Shown here one piece after another: positions 27,106 to 40,826 of a DNA stretch of 64,000 nt (position 1 is the stretch's first letter; every line of letters begins with the position of its first letter). The DNA comes from Phoronis australis (Eukaryota; Animalia; Phoronida). The translations under genes and the position numbers were made by a program. Under the pieces are notes generated by a model that worked only from the letters and a program-made list of their open reading frames with translations, made no database searches and was not told the origin of the DNA. The stretch covers positions 1,102,139 to 1,166,138 of the forward strand of contig NMRA01000036.1 in assembly GCA_002633005.1 (NCBI GenBank), written 5' to 3'.

Positions 27106-27608
27106 GGTATACTTCTGCTGTGAAAGGCAAGAAAAGAGATATTACTAAGTGGTACCCATTTAATTAAAACAAATGATCAATAAACAAAGCACACATTTCA
27201 AGTTCATAATTCAAAAATTCAAATCAAATTTAGTCTCAAATTGTTGTTCTTTACTCAAATTGGAAGTGGTTTTAGTCAGGGCTTCAAAAGATCCAGGAGT
27301 TTGTTTTACTTGAGACCTAGCTGGTCTACAAGTTGACTTGCCATTTAAAGTGCCTAACAAGGTCTCAAGGAATAAGCCATCAATCACGTGTCACTTGAGT
27401 AGCAGTTTCTTTTCTCAAATCGCCCTTAGGCAATACATCACATGTGTACGCTGTAGGCAGCAAGCCAATTGATGAAGGACGACCAATGGAAACAAAGGCT
27501 TGACCTTCATTAAGGGCCTAGCTAGTGAACGTGGAAATATGTACTGCTGTGTGCAGGTCTTGAGCACTAATCAGATATACTGGACCCAAGAGGCAGGTTA
27601 TTCAGTGA

Positions 27609-28183
27609 TAGACAGTGACCACGGTCTCTCAATAGAGACGGTGTAGCTCCTATTGGCACTTCATATACTGGAAGCTTTTCTACAAATTATGCCTCACACC
27701 AACTAAAACATCAAAATTCACATTGTTATATCTTTGTGTGCATAGAGGGACACGTTATTAGGAGGCCATCCACGTCTAATTCCTTCTAGCTCAAACTAAT
27801 ACTCCTGTATCAAACTTTTACTTCGAGCAGTCCCTCGTTCAGTTGCTAAAAAATCAGTAACTGGATATTTTTACATTGCGCACGCCAAGGGGCATGATGT
27901 CACACCACCTGCCGTGTGCAGTGTTAAATGGCCAGTTACCAATTTTGGGAAGTGAAAGGGGAACTCATGCTCGAAGAAAAAGTTTGATAACGGGAGTATT
28001 TGTAGGAAATCGAAGGAATTAAAGATATCAATGGCATCCTAAGGTATTTAAAACAACCTGACCTTGATATTTTAGTCGGTATGAGGCATAATTCGCCAAA
28101 AACCTTCCGGTGTATGAAGCGCCTAAGAGCTACACCGTCTCTAATAATTGATCGAGCCAGCTAAAGACATTGGTCACTGTCTA
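27609..28183. mobile_element. Long-TIR MITE, Mutator (MULE)-like, complete copy
   Basis: TAGACAGTGACCA...TGGTCACTGTCTA with ~270-bp imperfect inverted arms and a perfect 9-bp TSD ATTCAGTGA (27600-27608 and 28184-28192). Confidence 0.85.
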
Positions 28184-28238
28184 ATTCAGTGATTGCCCGG
28201 TTCTCTAAATCAGAGTCCTTCACATCCAACCAGTGCCC

Positions 28239-28543
28239 TAGACAGTGACCACCGTCCCTAGCTGTCCCCAGTAGAGAAGCTGAAGCATCTCAAGTGACTT
28301 GAGACCTTCATTCAGTTGCCCACTTTAAATTTACACTGCAACCACTCCTATACCGCACCCGCCAGTATTTAGTGGCCTCCTAAGGTGACCCTTTATGCAC
28401 AAAAGGTACTTATCACAACGTGACTTTGGTGTTTTAATCAGTGTGAGGCATAATTCACTGAAAAGCTTCATCATCACTACTCATACTGGGCCGAGTACTG
28501 CTGCTCCTTGGGCCGAGGGCTAGAGACCAGCGGTCGTCGTCTA
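28239..28543. mobile_element. Internally deleted copy of the MULE-like MITE
   Basis: TAGACAGTGACC...GGTCGTCGTCTA with TSD CCAGTGCCC / CCAGCGCCC (8/9). Confidence 0.75.
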
Positions 28544-28905
28544 CCAGCGCCCAAGTCTTGTGATGATGCCAGAAATAATGCGACTCTAATTGGTAAGAGC
28601 TTCAGTGAAACATGACCAAAAACACACCATAAAGAATCGGCTGCACTGTTACGCTAAAAACCGCTTCAAACACAAAACGTGCTTCGTTTGACCACTGGCA
28701 CTGGGACGGTTTTGGTTTGACCTACGCCAGGTAGAGAGTAAATCCTAGAACGAATCAGGACCACGGCACTGCCGTGTTGGCTTATCTATATTTTTGCCAA
28801 CGACGGTATTCGACGCAGGCATACTTTTTGCTTCTGATCTTTCTTGAAAACATTGGCACAAGCTCGGTGGCGACAGCAATTTCACAAACGCTGAAGCAAT
28901 GACCT

Positions 28906-29001
28906 ACCAGTTGACGTACAATCGTTTAGAATGACCTATTTTGTCACGGTAAAATTAGACCACAAGGCCGCTGACGTAAATATCAAATGGAACAAGCCAA
29001 C
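28906..29001 (-). other. Candidate non-coding 5' exon of the sulfurtransferase gene
   Basis: CpG-richer segment ending in a good donor (CTG|gtaggt) that could join the acceptor at 27117. No open frame continues into the CDS. Inferred only. Confidence 0.35.
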
Positions 29002-29936
29002 CATAGACATCACAAAGACCGGCGGCGCGCCTCTCAGATAGGCCTACTACATGCAGCTCGCGTTGTCAATATGACGCCATAGTGGAGTGTTACACAGGAC
29101 AAAAATATGCTTGCTGCCAAAGAGTTACTAGTTTTTTGGTCCTGCCTTTGAGTCATGGGTTTTTTATTAGGTTCGGCCATGGAGTTTAGAGGTGCTGACA
29201 CTTGGTTTCTATGTTCTGCCACCGTAGTTTAAGCGGGACGATTATGTGTTGTTCAGTCCAAATCAGTCATGGTGATTGAGACCATATATCAAATTAAAAG
29301 ATAATGGGGGATTGACCAGCATATGCTTTTATCCAATGATGATGATGTTTGTTAATTGCACTTAAGTAAACATTTGATATCAATGACAATCATATGTATT
29401 TTTACTTGTTCTGAAAAATAACATCCCGGTGAACCCGGCTACTCGCTAGCCATCAAAATCAGAACATAGTCAAAAAGTGAATTCTCTCGTGTTGAAATAT
29501 ATACTGCTTTAAAAACTCATTTCTTAATAAGTATTCCAAAACCAGATTTCTTCTGTGTTATTAAAACAAAGATATCCCTGCAAAATCTGTACTTATGTTA
29601 AAACTGATATTGGAAAATTTGTGGATTTGCATTGCTTGCTCACGACTGAGCTCTTTCGTTGTTTTGTGACTCAAATTTTGCGCCTAAAAGTAGGTACATA
29701 GTAATCAAAATATCAAACCTGTACGACTGATACGACCTGATACCCAAAATACCGAATTTCCACCTGGAAACCGAGTGGAAATACCCAACGGAGCCGGTGT
29801 AAAATAATGAACCCATGAAAAATGACCTGGCTAATTTTTTCACAGGGTCTAAATTTAATGTGAAGAACTTTTAGCCCATGAAAAAATGACCTCACCGTCG
29901 TCCTTGAATACTCGCTCCGTCATTATTCAGCGGTCC

Positions 29937-30220
29937 CAGGGGCGGAACCAGAATTTTGATTTAAGGGGGGTGCAAGGCAGAGGATCACTTTCGCGCACCT
30001 AGCCTAAAATAAAGAGGGGGGCTCGAATTTTGCGGTAATGTGGATCTTTTACTTAAGAAGCCGAGTACTAAAAAACGGGGTACTAGGTTCAACCCCGTGC
30101 ATTGTGCGTTCGCGACGAATNGTATTAGCTAGGATTCTGCCCGTCGGACTTTCGCACGCCTGAACTGCCGAATGGGAGAATTTTAGGGGGGTCTTGCCCC
30201 CCCCTCTAAATCTGCCACTG
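29937..30220. mobile_element. CAGGGGCGGA-type MITE nested in the P-like element
   Basis: CAGGGGCGGAACCAG ... AAATCTGCCACTG. Shares cgcgc(a/g)cc(t/c)agcctaaa with ~1400. Confidence 0.55.
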
Positions 30221-30699
30221 CCCGGTTACTCCGCAACAGGGGGTTGGGATAAGCAGACGCGATAGCCGCAACTGGTAATCTTTCAACAATGTTCGATACG
30301 CGGTTGTTTAGGTCTAAGGGTCACCTGAGCAACGCCTGGCAAGGGACATCTTACATCAATATATGCCGCAATTAGGTAGTGAAAGTACCGAACGGCGTGC
30401 AGACCAGGAATATGATGTGAAAACAATCACATTTTTTTGAACAGTCCTTCGTTCAGTTGCCCAACTTGGCAAATGGCCATTTTTACACTGCTCGTGCCAG
30501 GATATATATGTTTTTTTAAAGTGATATATATTTATTGAAGAATACACAGAACATACAAGGAAATAATAACAAACACAGAAACCGCGAAGCATTATATCTG
30601 GGTTGTCACAATTCATAAATGAAACTAATATACATAGAGGTATGTACAATTAAGTAGTATCTAAAATAAGTATCCCAATACTTAGATATGCTATTACAA

Positions 30700-31440
30700 A
30701 TATATAAAAACAAAAATATGTACAGATTAGTGTATGGAAATCAGATGCAACAATATTGATAAACGCTACATAAAAATTTACTAACGTTGCTTAGGAGGAA
30801 TTCACTGAGAACAAGGTCAAGGTTAGGACTACCATTCAATAATAATGTAACTCTAGTAGGGATATTATTTCAAGAATTGAGAGCGTTTTAACATTTGATT
30901 GGTTTTCATTGAGTGCACGAAAGAGTGAGTCTCTGAGGTATTCGATGAGGGGACATTTGAAGAAAATATGAGGATGAGATTGATGGTCACCACGTTTACA
31001 GTTTGGAGAGACATTACTAAAGTTGTGCCTGAACTTGTCAGAGTTGAGGAAAAAGCCACATCTTGATCTGTACAATGCTATTTCGTTTTCGCGGGGAAGG
31101 GAGAATTGAGTCAAGGGTGTTGAGTTATCAAAATTATGAAAAACAGTTCTAAAATTATTTTTTATACTCGTAAAAGAGTTGCTTTCCTTAACAGAGACTG
31201 GAAGAGAATTCCAGTTGTTGATGCCCATCATGACTGTAGATCTTCTGAATGCCTGACTGAAGTGAGGACGGAGGAATTGCATATGGGGTGGAAGATCTCG
31301 GCTCAGTGATCCGCGCAGTACGTATGATTAAGGACGGGGATGGATTGGAACGGTTCGAAATAATGTGTGGGAGAGGGGTTGATCTCTTTGTGAGCACATA
31401 ATTACACGGTGTGGGGATACTGCAAAACACCAACAAGTGT
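30700..31440 (-). mobile_element. CR1/L2-group LINE 3' relic
   Basis: NNWNSLPVSVKESNSFTSIK...FRHNFSNVSPNC....QSHPHIFFKCP resembles the C-terminus of CR1/L2-type ORF2. Confidence 0.7.
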
Positions 31441-34400
31441 CTGGTGCTTGATCGGGGGTGACTTCAGATACGTGAGAGAGGAATACCATGCGTGAGAGAA
31501 AAATATTTGTCCGTTGGCAATTCCGAGCGATGCAAAGGAGAAGAATTGAGTCAGTGTTCTTTGCTTTTTACATTATAGAATTCTCGAATTAAGTCTAACT
31601 GTTGTATAGCACAACTTGGGTGAATAACCGCTGTAGCCAATATCTTACACCGACGACTGATGAAGTCCATTCTGGCTATTGAGGGTTGGAGGGTTAGCTC
31701 AGTCTCTTTTGTTCGATAGTTGCTCTAATCTCCAATAAGATCATATATTAGGCCTATTGACTCACGGTGGTGTTAGAAATAAGTTAAGTTATAAATGTTT
31801 GAATATAAACCAATGACATTTCTGAATTCCCCATCAAAAACTGGTCATGCTTAAAGTTTTTGAATCACCAAAATCGCCAAACTATACAATCGAAGTTAGA
31901 CTGTCACACGCTCACAACCGCTAGTGTGCGTGTGGTAAAGTCACGGAACGGGAAAACACCCTAATGAGTTTTGAAAACCTGTCATTTTATCTATATGACT
32001 CCAATGAGGTCATTTTCTACAGTGGTTCACATTAAATTTAGACCCCCCCATTAAATGCGACCTGGGTCGCATTTTAATTTTACGTCGTTACCCCGGCCGA
32101 GGTCATTTTCAGTAATGAAAACTAAGGTTTATTGGGGCACAACAAAAGTACGTCCTAAGTGAGCAGCACGTCTCCTGGATATAATGTATTTGCATCGAGC
32201 GACACGAATGAAATGATAAATTTGCGCGATCTTACTGCTTTCTCTTGAAAAAACGAAAAAAATAAAACGCTCACAGTGGGTAACAAGCGTACAGCCGCTC
32301 AGACAATTCGAGAATCTGCCACTGGTTGCAATCTTCTATTAGTTTGATATTTTCCCTGTCGACTGATTAACTCTTAAAAAGAACGCATGCAAATGCTACA
32401 GCATATGTTTCTATATGTTTCTGAAAAAAATCACACTCTTCCGCTTCTTTATTTGTTAGATATCGCGCTTTGAAAAGAGCAGTTTTCCCCGTGTGTTGAC
32501 ACGGCAATTAGCCGTGTCACATGACCAGCAAACGTACACTCTCCAACTGAATATGGCATCAAATTGCCAGCTGCAGTAGCGCGTGCGCCCGGTCTATAGT
32601 ATTAAGATGTCTATGAAGCCAACACACAATCAACAACCATCTGAGTGCAGTCTTACACCGTTTCCATGTTGCATGCAAATAAGAAATTTTGATATTTAAA
32701 ATGCATGCTCCACCAGCCAGCAAAATACATGTCGCATTCCGGGTAAGACATTAACCTGTGGAGTTACACGCTATAGTAGCCCAAGTGTCGCGTTTGCTGA
32801 AAGCAACCATACTCGTGCAGTAGACCATGGAGAGAGAGAGAGCGAGGGATCTCGCCAGGGAGGGAGGGGGCTCACTTTTATTTACGTTAAGACATAATAT
32901 AATGATTAAATAATTGCAATTTAAATTTGGAGGCCTTCTAAAGGTTCGACCGCTACCCAATAAGAAGGTTCCCTGTACAAAAATAAATCAATGGAAACGA
33001 AAAAACCGGTCGGAATAGGCCTATCCGTTGTAAGCCAAAACTCAAAGCGCTAAACGACAGACACCGACGCCAGGAACCAAGAAGTGGACAGTGCACGTAC
33101 CACCTCACGAGATTTTGGGAACACAATTAGATACTGTTACACAGGCAATTGGAAATATGACAGATTGGATCGTAGTTGCTAATTATAAAATTGGTTAATC
33201 TGGAGAATGCTGGCAATTAAGTGCCGGTGTAGAGACTGGTATTTCGTTATTGCTTATAAGGCGAGGAATTTCAAATTTGATAGTCAGGCTCTTGATGACA
33301 CATGACAGCGATTTCCCGTTCAGTGACTTTACCAGACGAAGGGGGTTCTGAGCGCGTGATAACATCTAGCTTCTTTGCTAACGGCCAAGCGAAGTCTTTT
33401 GTCTGTTATGACAACAGGCAGGCCAATTATCTACCTTATTGCACACCATGCGTGAACACCGTCAAACCAAGAGCGAATTGGTACATTCAGAAAGAATAGA
33501 TTATCGTAACTTCGGTTGCAGTTGGGCGATTTTGGCGATTCAAAAACTAAACATGATCACCATTAGACGCGGATTTCAAAAATGTTATTGGTTTACGTTC
33601 AAACATGTTTTAACTTAACTTTTATTTTTAACAGCACAGCCCAGTCAGGCTAGATACGACCTTTTTGAAGATTAGAGCAATTATCGAACAAAAGATAGCT
33701 GGCCCTCCAACCATGAATGGATTTAATCAGTCGGGTAACTTTCCCATCTTGTTGTTGGGCTATAGAATCGAACAAGTTGGGAGACGCCGTAATTACTTTG
33801 TTGGATGGGGGTCGAATTAGGCATGGAGTAGCACCTGAGTATCAATTGATTCACTGAAGTATGTAGGAGTTCTAATGTGTCCAATGGGTCTACAGAATAA
33901 GTTGTTTGTGTAAAAATCAATACTTAGGAATCTGATTACTGAGGAAATTGGAGTGAAATTTTGCAGTTGAGATTTGAAAGAGTGCCTTGAAGTAGGGAGG
34001 CGAAGTTCCTTAATCAGTAGTGGGCAGAATGTGGAATTTGATATAGTCCGAAGGACTCTCTTCTGTCTGGAGTTTCCTAGCTGCCAAAACCCCAAGTTGC
34101 CGAATGCTGTAATTTAAATGTGGGAGAACAAATGAAATACATTCTAACTTGAAAGCTTTTTTAGTGGAGAGTAAGATAGGCCTGACTCAATTTATGTATA
34201 CATGATGAGTCCACCATCGATAGATTAACTACTGGAGTATTTAATCTATGGGTAGGCCCTACTCATAATCCGCGGGTAATATAGTCTTCCGTTGATAGAC
34301 AGAAATAGAGCTAGATCAATCGTTTATTGAGTCATTCTGCAAAGATATAATTTTAGTGGTCTGACTAGCCTATATGGCAGCTCAACTGCCAAATTATTTA

Positions 34401-36441
34401 GGCATAGTCAGGTTTAAATTTTGCCGATCGTTGTATATTTTCTAGTTCGGGAAGGCACAGAAACTACACAGTTTTGGAAACCCAGTGGAATGACGAATCA
34501 TTGAGACTGAAACTATATTTAATTCCATTTCTTTGGCTGTCATCTTGGTGGCCATCTTGGATTTTCAAAAATGGCGCCGGTAAAATACATTTTTGCTCTC
34601 TGCACTCGAGTCACTTAGATTATGGGTAAGCAGGAATTGATCGAATCCTTTGAGACATTCAAAGCGATCGAGTCTCTGAGGAAGTCAAGCAGCTGTGTTT
34701 GATCACACTATATACAACATCCATCAATGTTGAATATTACCTGTTTCGGAATTTTAAGTCATCAAGGCATGACTGGATCTGTAGGACTGGTAAGACTGAA
34801 ATGAAACAATCAGCCAAATGTGATTGATGGAGTCGATTGTGAATACGGAGACATTAACGTTATTTCACAACGATAGCATGCATTGTTATGAACTTGTGAT
34901 AGATTCCATTGTTTTATCATTCTCTCAAGATTACAGTATAGTGGTGATTCAGTGATAGGACACTAAAATGACACCAGTTTAGGGCACAATATGGTAGACA
35001 AGTGGAATTTTCTTTTTTTTTAAACGTGCGGGACATAAATAATGTTTTGCCATGTTTAAGTTTTGTATCGTCGCTACCATCGGACAATATTTTGAAAACG
35101 TGTGTTCATTCACAATGTTACAAGTCTTTGAAAAATGAAAAAAGGCAATTTCAACTATTTTGTCAGAAGTTGGTGATATTTTATCATAGTTGTTAGAGAG
35201 TGGATGAAAATGGGAGTTGACCAGAGTTAGGCAAGTAGTATGCGTTTGTTTATTAAATGAATTTGTTATGTAATTAAGTATTATCTATGTATCATGTTTG
35301 TGATATCTAGCAACATTGTTCTTGAAAAAAATAAAGTTTTGATTGTAAGCTAATAAAAATCTTCCCGAAATACTGATATTACTTGTCAATAATCATTTCC
35401 TGAGTTTTGTACTAGTTTTAGGCAATAGTGATTTTTTTGTCAATGGTTACACTTACTCTTGTGTCAATGATTATTTATTTTTATAAAAATTAAACCATGT
35501 CGGTGTCCGACTCAAAAACACTTGCCATGGAATTTTACTACAGTGTACCTTATATTTATAAATGTAAGTTTGAAATTGTTAAAGCAAAGATAAAAATACA
35601 CATGAACATTGTATTCATCAAAAATCATAAATAAAGTGTTCTTGAAATTTCTGATATTTTCAAAACATATAATCTTCTGCATCTGCTACAGGCTGTGTGC
35701 TATAGTTTGGACAGTTCATTCACATTTTTGTAATACCATCCACACTCAGGCACCACCATGCCCATAACAGATCTGATTAACACAGTAAGATGAAGATTCT
35801 CAATGTTCCCAGAATATCAACACGTTGCAACTGATCATCCTTGAATGGTCTTATTCCTAGTATCATCCACTTTGCACCATGTCCACGTTGCATGTATTCT
35901 GTAGTATTAGTGCTGTTCTGTGGGCAGCACCTCCAACGGCAGAAAGTTTGATAACCTTGACAACTATCCATGGATGCATGGCATTAAGTTCTTCACCCCG
36001 TCGACATTAACCAGAGACAAGCAAATGCAGAGCAAGTGGATAAGGCAACTTCGTTGGGTTAATTGTAAACGTCTCAGCTCTTTCATTCAAATATTGGCTA
36101 TTTAGTGCTATGTTTCAATTGACTTGTCAGGTGCATTGCTTAAAAATCCCAATATCAGGTAGTGAATTTCTCATAAAAGCCGTTTTTGTGACTATTTTGA
36201 ATAATACAATTACAAGGCAAGGCACAAATGAGTGTAAATGCACTCTAAAGCATATTTGTGAACTTGAGGATGAATTTGATGTCAGTGTGGGTAAGCCTAT
36301 TTGTAGCTTGTTGGATGCAATGTTTTCACAGCTTATAAGACATGTGAACGCTAAGTTGTATCAAGCTCAATATCAGCTTCATAACCACTTAATGCTTCAA
36401 AGATATTCTCATGACCTGTTTAACTATGTAAATGAGCACCG

Positions 36442-36571
36442 TCACCGCTTTTTAAATTTTCCAGGGGGCTTTGATGTTTTGATTTTTTCAATGTCTGTTT
36501 TGCTGAGAAATTGTACTCCATCTCTGTAGGATCCCACCTGACCATCGACAAATCCAAGTTCTTTCTTGATT
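36442..36571 (-). CDS. C1orf131: C1orf131 homologue, terminal exon 6
   Basis: IKKELGFVDGQVGSYRDGVQFLSKTDIEKIKTSKPPGKFKKR*, matching the C-terminal GQVG.+..G...LS..DI.KI motif. Spliced CDS is 825 nt = 274 aa. Confidence 0.9.
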
Positions 36572-37076
36572 CTGAAATGAAATAAAATTACAATTACACT
36601 CCTGTTTTATAATTAGCCAGACCAATTTGTTCACTTGAAGCAAGTAATATTCCATTTCTGTCATTTGGAGGATGCTTTGCTAAAGCTTATTGATGCAATC
36701 AGGTTAGCGCAATTGCTCAAAAAAGTTACCAACTCTGAAAAAAGTCCTAAGATGAATAGGCCCATATAAGAAGTATTGAGTATTTCTCAGAAAACTTGGT
36801 TAGTTGCTGTGCACCGACATACGTTCACTTATTCTCAGGCATTTGACTTTGCATAGTGTTTTTTGCGTTATATTATTATTATTGTAATATTTTCAATTAG
36901 GGTAGCTCCATCAGTTCACACTGCTTTCCATGGTGGCCCTCAGTCAAAACATACAAAGACATTTAGACAAACAAACAGAATCACAAAATGAAAAACACGA
37001 TTTAAATAATCAATGTAAATACTCAGTACTTTCTTGTCAATCAAAATAGAAACTAGTGTAACCGATAACTTTTAAA

Positions 37077-38810
37077 ACAAGAACAACGCAAGGCGTTGAA
37101 ATGCGCCCACGAATGCACCACAAACGATGTACTTCTAAGGGTGTTTATATCATCATAAATGTCCATTAGATGACACACAATACATTGAACAATCTGAAAA
37201 TGGGAAGCAGTTGTCATCTCTCAAAATTATTTGGCAAATTTCATGAAAATCCGTCAATTGAAGAACTCCTGACCGAAAATACAAAGGCAAACATTATGAA
37301 CCATAGCAGTAGTCGAATCTGTTCACCTGCTGTTACAATAGTTAATAGGAATGCAAATGTAAAATTTCAAAAACATTTTGCAAGGGGTTTAAATGATACA
37401 GCTGTAGATGCGAAAAATGTCACTAGGAGGCTCCACAGTAGTTGGACCCGTTTGAAAATCCACGTCCGTCATGCTCTTATCAGTAGGAACACATCTGCCA
37501 ATTAGTGCAGAATACGTCAAATCCATCACAAGAAGATTCAAGGTGCTGTCGTCTTCATAATAGATATTTGTTTACCCAACTTCATGAAAAAGCATTAAGG
37601 AACTCTACCGGTACAGAGAAAACTGAAGTTGAATTGGTCAAACTGGCCATCATCTGTTGTCATCTTCATAGGAACATACCTGCTATCTTTCAAAGGATAA
37701 AGGAGGGAGATACAGCCAAGGACCCAAAAACATAAAATTGCCAATAGGGGGTGCCAGAGTAATAAATCATGTCCAAAAATCAACATCAGCCGGAGTCTTA
37801 ACATCAAAAAAACATCTCCAATTTTTAATAATGATCCTTCAAGCAGTTTGGTGGATGGAGAGCGTAATGTCAAAAAACGTACTCAAAAAGTTTTATAGTG
37901 GCCACCATGTGCCGCAGAATATGTCAAATCTGCCCAAAAATGAAAAGGGGTCGTCATCTCCTTAATAGAGACCTATTTGCAAAATTTCAGGATGCCGAAA
38001 CTCCGAAAACAAGAACCTGGTGACTCTTTAACAATACGTAAAATCCATCCAAAAACGGCAACGCGTCATCGTTTCTTTAATAGAAAGCTATTTTGCAAAT
38101 TTCATAAAAATTCGTCAAGGAACTTCAGAGAAACAGAATTAAAAATACAAAACTAAAATTGCCACTAGGGGGCACATCACCAGTCGGATCTGTCCATTGT
38201 CAACTTCATATAAATACACTTGCCAAATTTAATAAAGATTCTGCAGAGCTCTTAAGAGATACACCCATGAGAGCAACAAAATGCCACTAGGAAGCGCCAC
38301 TTTAGTCGAAGACATTGGAAAATCATCGTCAGCCATCCTCTTCACAGTAAGACCATGTACGCCTAACATATATGCCTATTTTCTCAATCACTCTTAGAGT
38401 GGTTTGGCTGATAGAGGACGCCAAAAAAAAACTCGAAAACAGTAAAAATGGCTACTAGGTAGTGCAAAATACCTTTAATACAACCGAAAACGGGAGGATA
38501 GCATCATCTCACTAATAGATGACTATCTTCCAAATTTTGTGAAAAGATTCGTAGAGGTCCTTTGAAAATACAGAGGTAAAAATAAAAAATTAAAATTGCC
38601 AGTAGAGGGAACACCGGTAGTCAGATCCATCCGAAAGTTCGCTCATGCCATCCTATTCATGAAAGGAATATGACCAAAACTTAATGAACATACATCGAAG
38701 GGTTTTGGAAATAGAACACCAGACAGATGCCAAACGGACGTCGAATGGATGCCGGACGGATGGAGGTGACGCATAATGCGGCCATATATAAATATGTGGG
38801 TGCATAAAAA
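37077..38810 (-). mobile_element. HINE/DINE-like family A, copy 3
   Basis: Plus strand aacaagaacaacgcaaggcgttgaaatgcgcccac ... gtgggtgcataaaaa. Sub-TIRs ATGCGCCCAC / GTGGGTGCAT differ by one mismatch. Confidence 0.78.
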
Positions 38811-40117
38811 GTCTCCTGTGCATTATTCAAATATCCGCACGTGCACCTTAATTCATTTACCGATGCTGCTTCATACACAAGCCCATGTCATGCTCTGTGT
38901 ACTGAATATACATGAAATCTTGCGTGACATTTATTCATACACAAATACTATAGAATGCAAAATTTTAATAAGCACCCACGTTTGTGCCATGAATACGTTA
39001 CAACAGGGGTCAGTGCTCTCCACAACCTGTATTGACTCACGGCAGTAACATGGCTGAATTCTGCTTTGACGAGTTTTTCTTACTTGCGTTACGTTTAAGA
39101 ACCTGAGCAAGTTTAAACTTTCAGGCAATTAGTTATCGGAAATTTGAACTTTCCAGCATGTTAGCCTATTGAAACTGTGTTTAGTTGGTACTTTTCCTAG
39201 CTACTTGCCTTTGACACAATTTAATACACGGTGATTTGATCACCGATTTTCCGAATTAATGGTGTTTAGTTGGTAGACCGCACTTGCAGAAGTGAAAAGA
39301 TCAAGTTACTCAATAGAAAAGTTCCTTACTGAACTAAAACAATTATGTTAACACATGGTGCAATGCTAGTATATGCCGTGAATCATGATTAGTCATATAC
39401 ACAACAAAGAATTCCTTGCTTCAACAGTTATGCTCGTTTCACCAAAAACGAATCTGTACAAATATGTTCGTGACTCTGTACTGGACAATTTTTTACACCA
39501 GAAGTGTTGAACTTCATAACTATTCACAAAGGTTTGGAATAATTGTTCATTGGAAGCATCTATCAACTGATAAACAACGCGCTACACAACCTGGCAATAT
39601 AAATTCTAAGGTCCCTTCCATAAGACACAGACATTATTTGGAACAACGTGGCAAAAACAGATGTTCCCTTCTTTCAGAAGCTATTTTCTTCCCAGCTCAG
39701 AATATGCAGCCTTTCAAGCTTTGCCATATTGACAAAAGTATGTATTTAGCCAGAATTAAACAAAATAAACAATCCACCAACCACAGAAGTTGTTGCTTAT
39801 AGTTTAGGCTGGCGATAATGAATATCGATAGAAGCCTTGCGATTCAATATCTTGCTATAATATTAGAATGAATCTGCACAAGTTTCCGACTTCGGAGCTC
39901 ACATTATTTAGTTAAAATATTATGAATACATATCTTTTTAATTTCTAATTTAAAAATACTCTTGCATTTCTATTATTAGCTTATGACAAAGTGAGTAACA
40001 ACTCAGTAGATAACCTGCTTCAAATTAATTTTTTGTGTATATTTGCCTGGTCTTGCGTGCTAAAAGCTAAATTTCCGTACGAATCCATACTTTTGTGTAC
40101 GGTACAAAGGTCTGACT

Positions 40118-40320
40118 TTAACACCAGTTCACCAACAGTCAATGTACAAACACCCCATGGTGTAGACATGAGCATGTTCATGAGTATTGTTATTTCCGTC
40201 TAGTCTGAATCTGCTGTGGAGAACATTGTGTTCATAATTTTTGTGTGACAATACAAGAATTATACTTAACGGCATAGTGCTAGTAGTTGTTCAGTGACAT
40301 TACAGTCATCACTTGGACGT
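40118..40320 (+). repeat. Dispersed repeat, second copy at ~47130-47315
   Basis: Shared aacaccagttca..aaca....aatgtacaaa...ggtgtagacatg...aatacaagaatta...gttgttcagt. Confidence 0.7.
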
Positions 40321-40683
40321 GGATCCAAAAGCCAGTTGACAAAACCAAATGCTACTAGATGGAACAGTGCGAGTTGAATTTGCTTAGAACTGCCCTAGGT
40401 TATTTGATTGTGACACTAACACAACTTGTCAAATTTCAAGAACATCTTTCCATACATTTAGCAGAGAGCTGAGTAATCATAAATTAAAATTGCAATTTTT
40501 GGGAAACTCCACAACAAATCACCTGTCTCTTGGCACAGGCTTGGTCATGCAATTAGAACCACGAACCTTCACATCAGAAGAATGGATGAACTGATTAAGT
40601 AGAAGCAGTCAACCTTTTGTTCATACTAATAACACAATACATGAAATGAAAAAGTTTATTTGACCTCACCTTGAAAGATTAAC

Positions 40684-40747
40684 TAACAAAAGCACCCACT
40701 TGGATACTTTGCACAACAAAAGCACCCATTTGGATACTTTGCACAAC
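40684..40747 (+). repeat. 30-bp tandem duplication
   Basis: aacaaaagcaccca(c/t)ttggatactttgcac occurs twice, just inside the intron after C1orf131 exon 5. Confidence 0.85.
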
Positions 40748-40764
40748 ACAAAAAGACAACTTAC

Positions 40765-40826
40765 TTGCCAACTCTCTCCTTTCCCTTAAATTTCTTGTTT
40801 TTCAAGTTCAGACCATGTTGTCTAGC
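40765..40826 (-). CDS. C1orf131: C1orf131 homologue, exon 5
   Basis: ARQHGLNLKNKKFKGKERVG(K). Acceptor cttgcag, donor gtaagt, 62 nt (phase 0 to 2), which links exons 4 and 6 in frame. Confidence 0.8.

Larger units (their letters stand above)
29002..32615. mobile_element. 3.6-kb non-autonomous DNA transposon, P-element-like (CATAG termini, 8-bp TSD), with nested insertions
   Basis: CATAGACATC...GATGTCTATG termini with further imperfect AGACCGG..GCGC matches. Perfect TSD AAGCCAAC at 28994-29001 and 32616-32623. Superfamily assignment is inference. Confidence 0.78.

Noticed and set aside
32757-32829. ATG-initiated mini-exon (MVYCTSMVAFSKR...) as a mitochondrial leader for the sulfurtransferase
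   Set aside because: The phase-1 donor would be out of frame with the acceptor at 27117/27114, and the donor (gttaat) is weak.
31655-33730. ~240-bp inverted pair (31655-31900 / 33507-33730) as the TIRs of one element
   Set aside because: One arm is inside and the other outside the TSD-defined 29002-32615 element, the arms are quite diverged, and no TSD was found. Two independent copies of a dispersed repeat fit better.
36110-36529. 139-aa plus-strand ORF
   Set aside because: It is antisense to the C1orf131 last exon and 3'UTR and has no recognisable motif.
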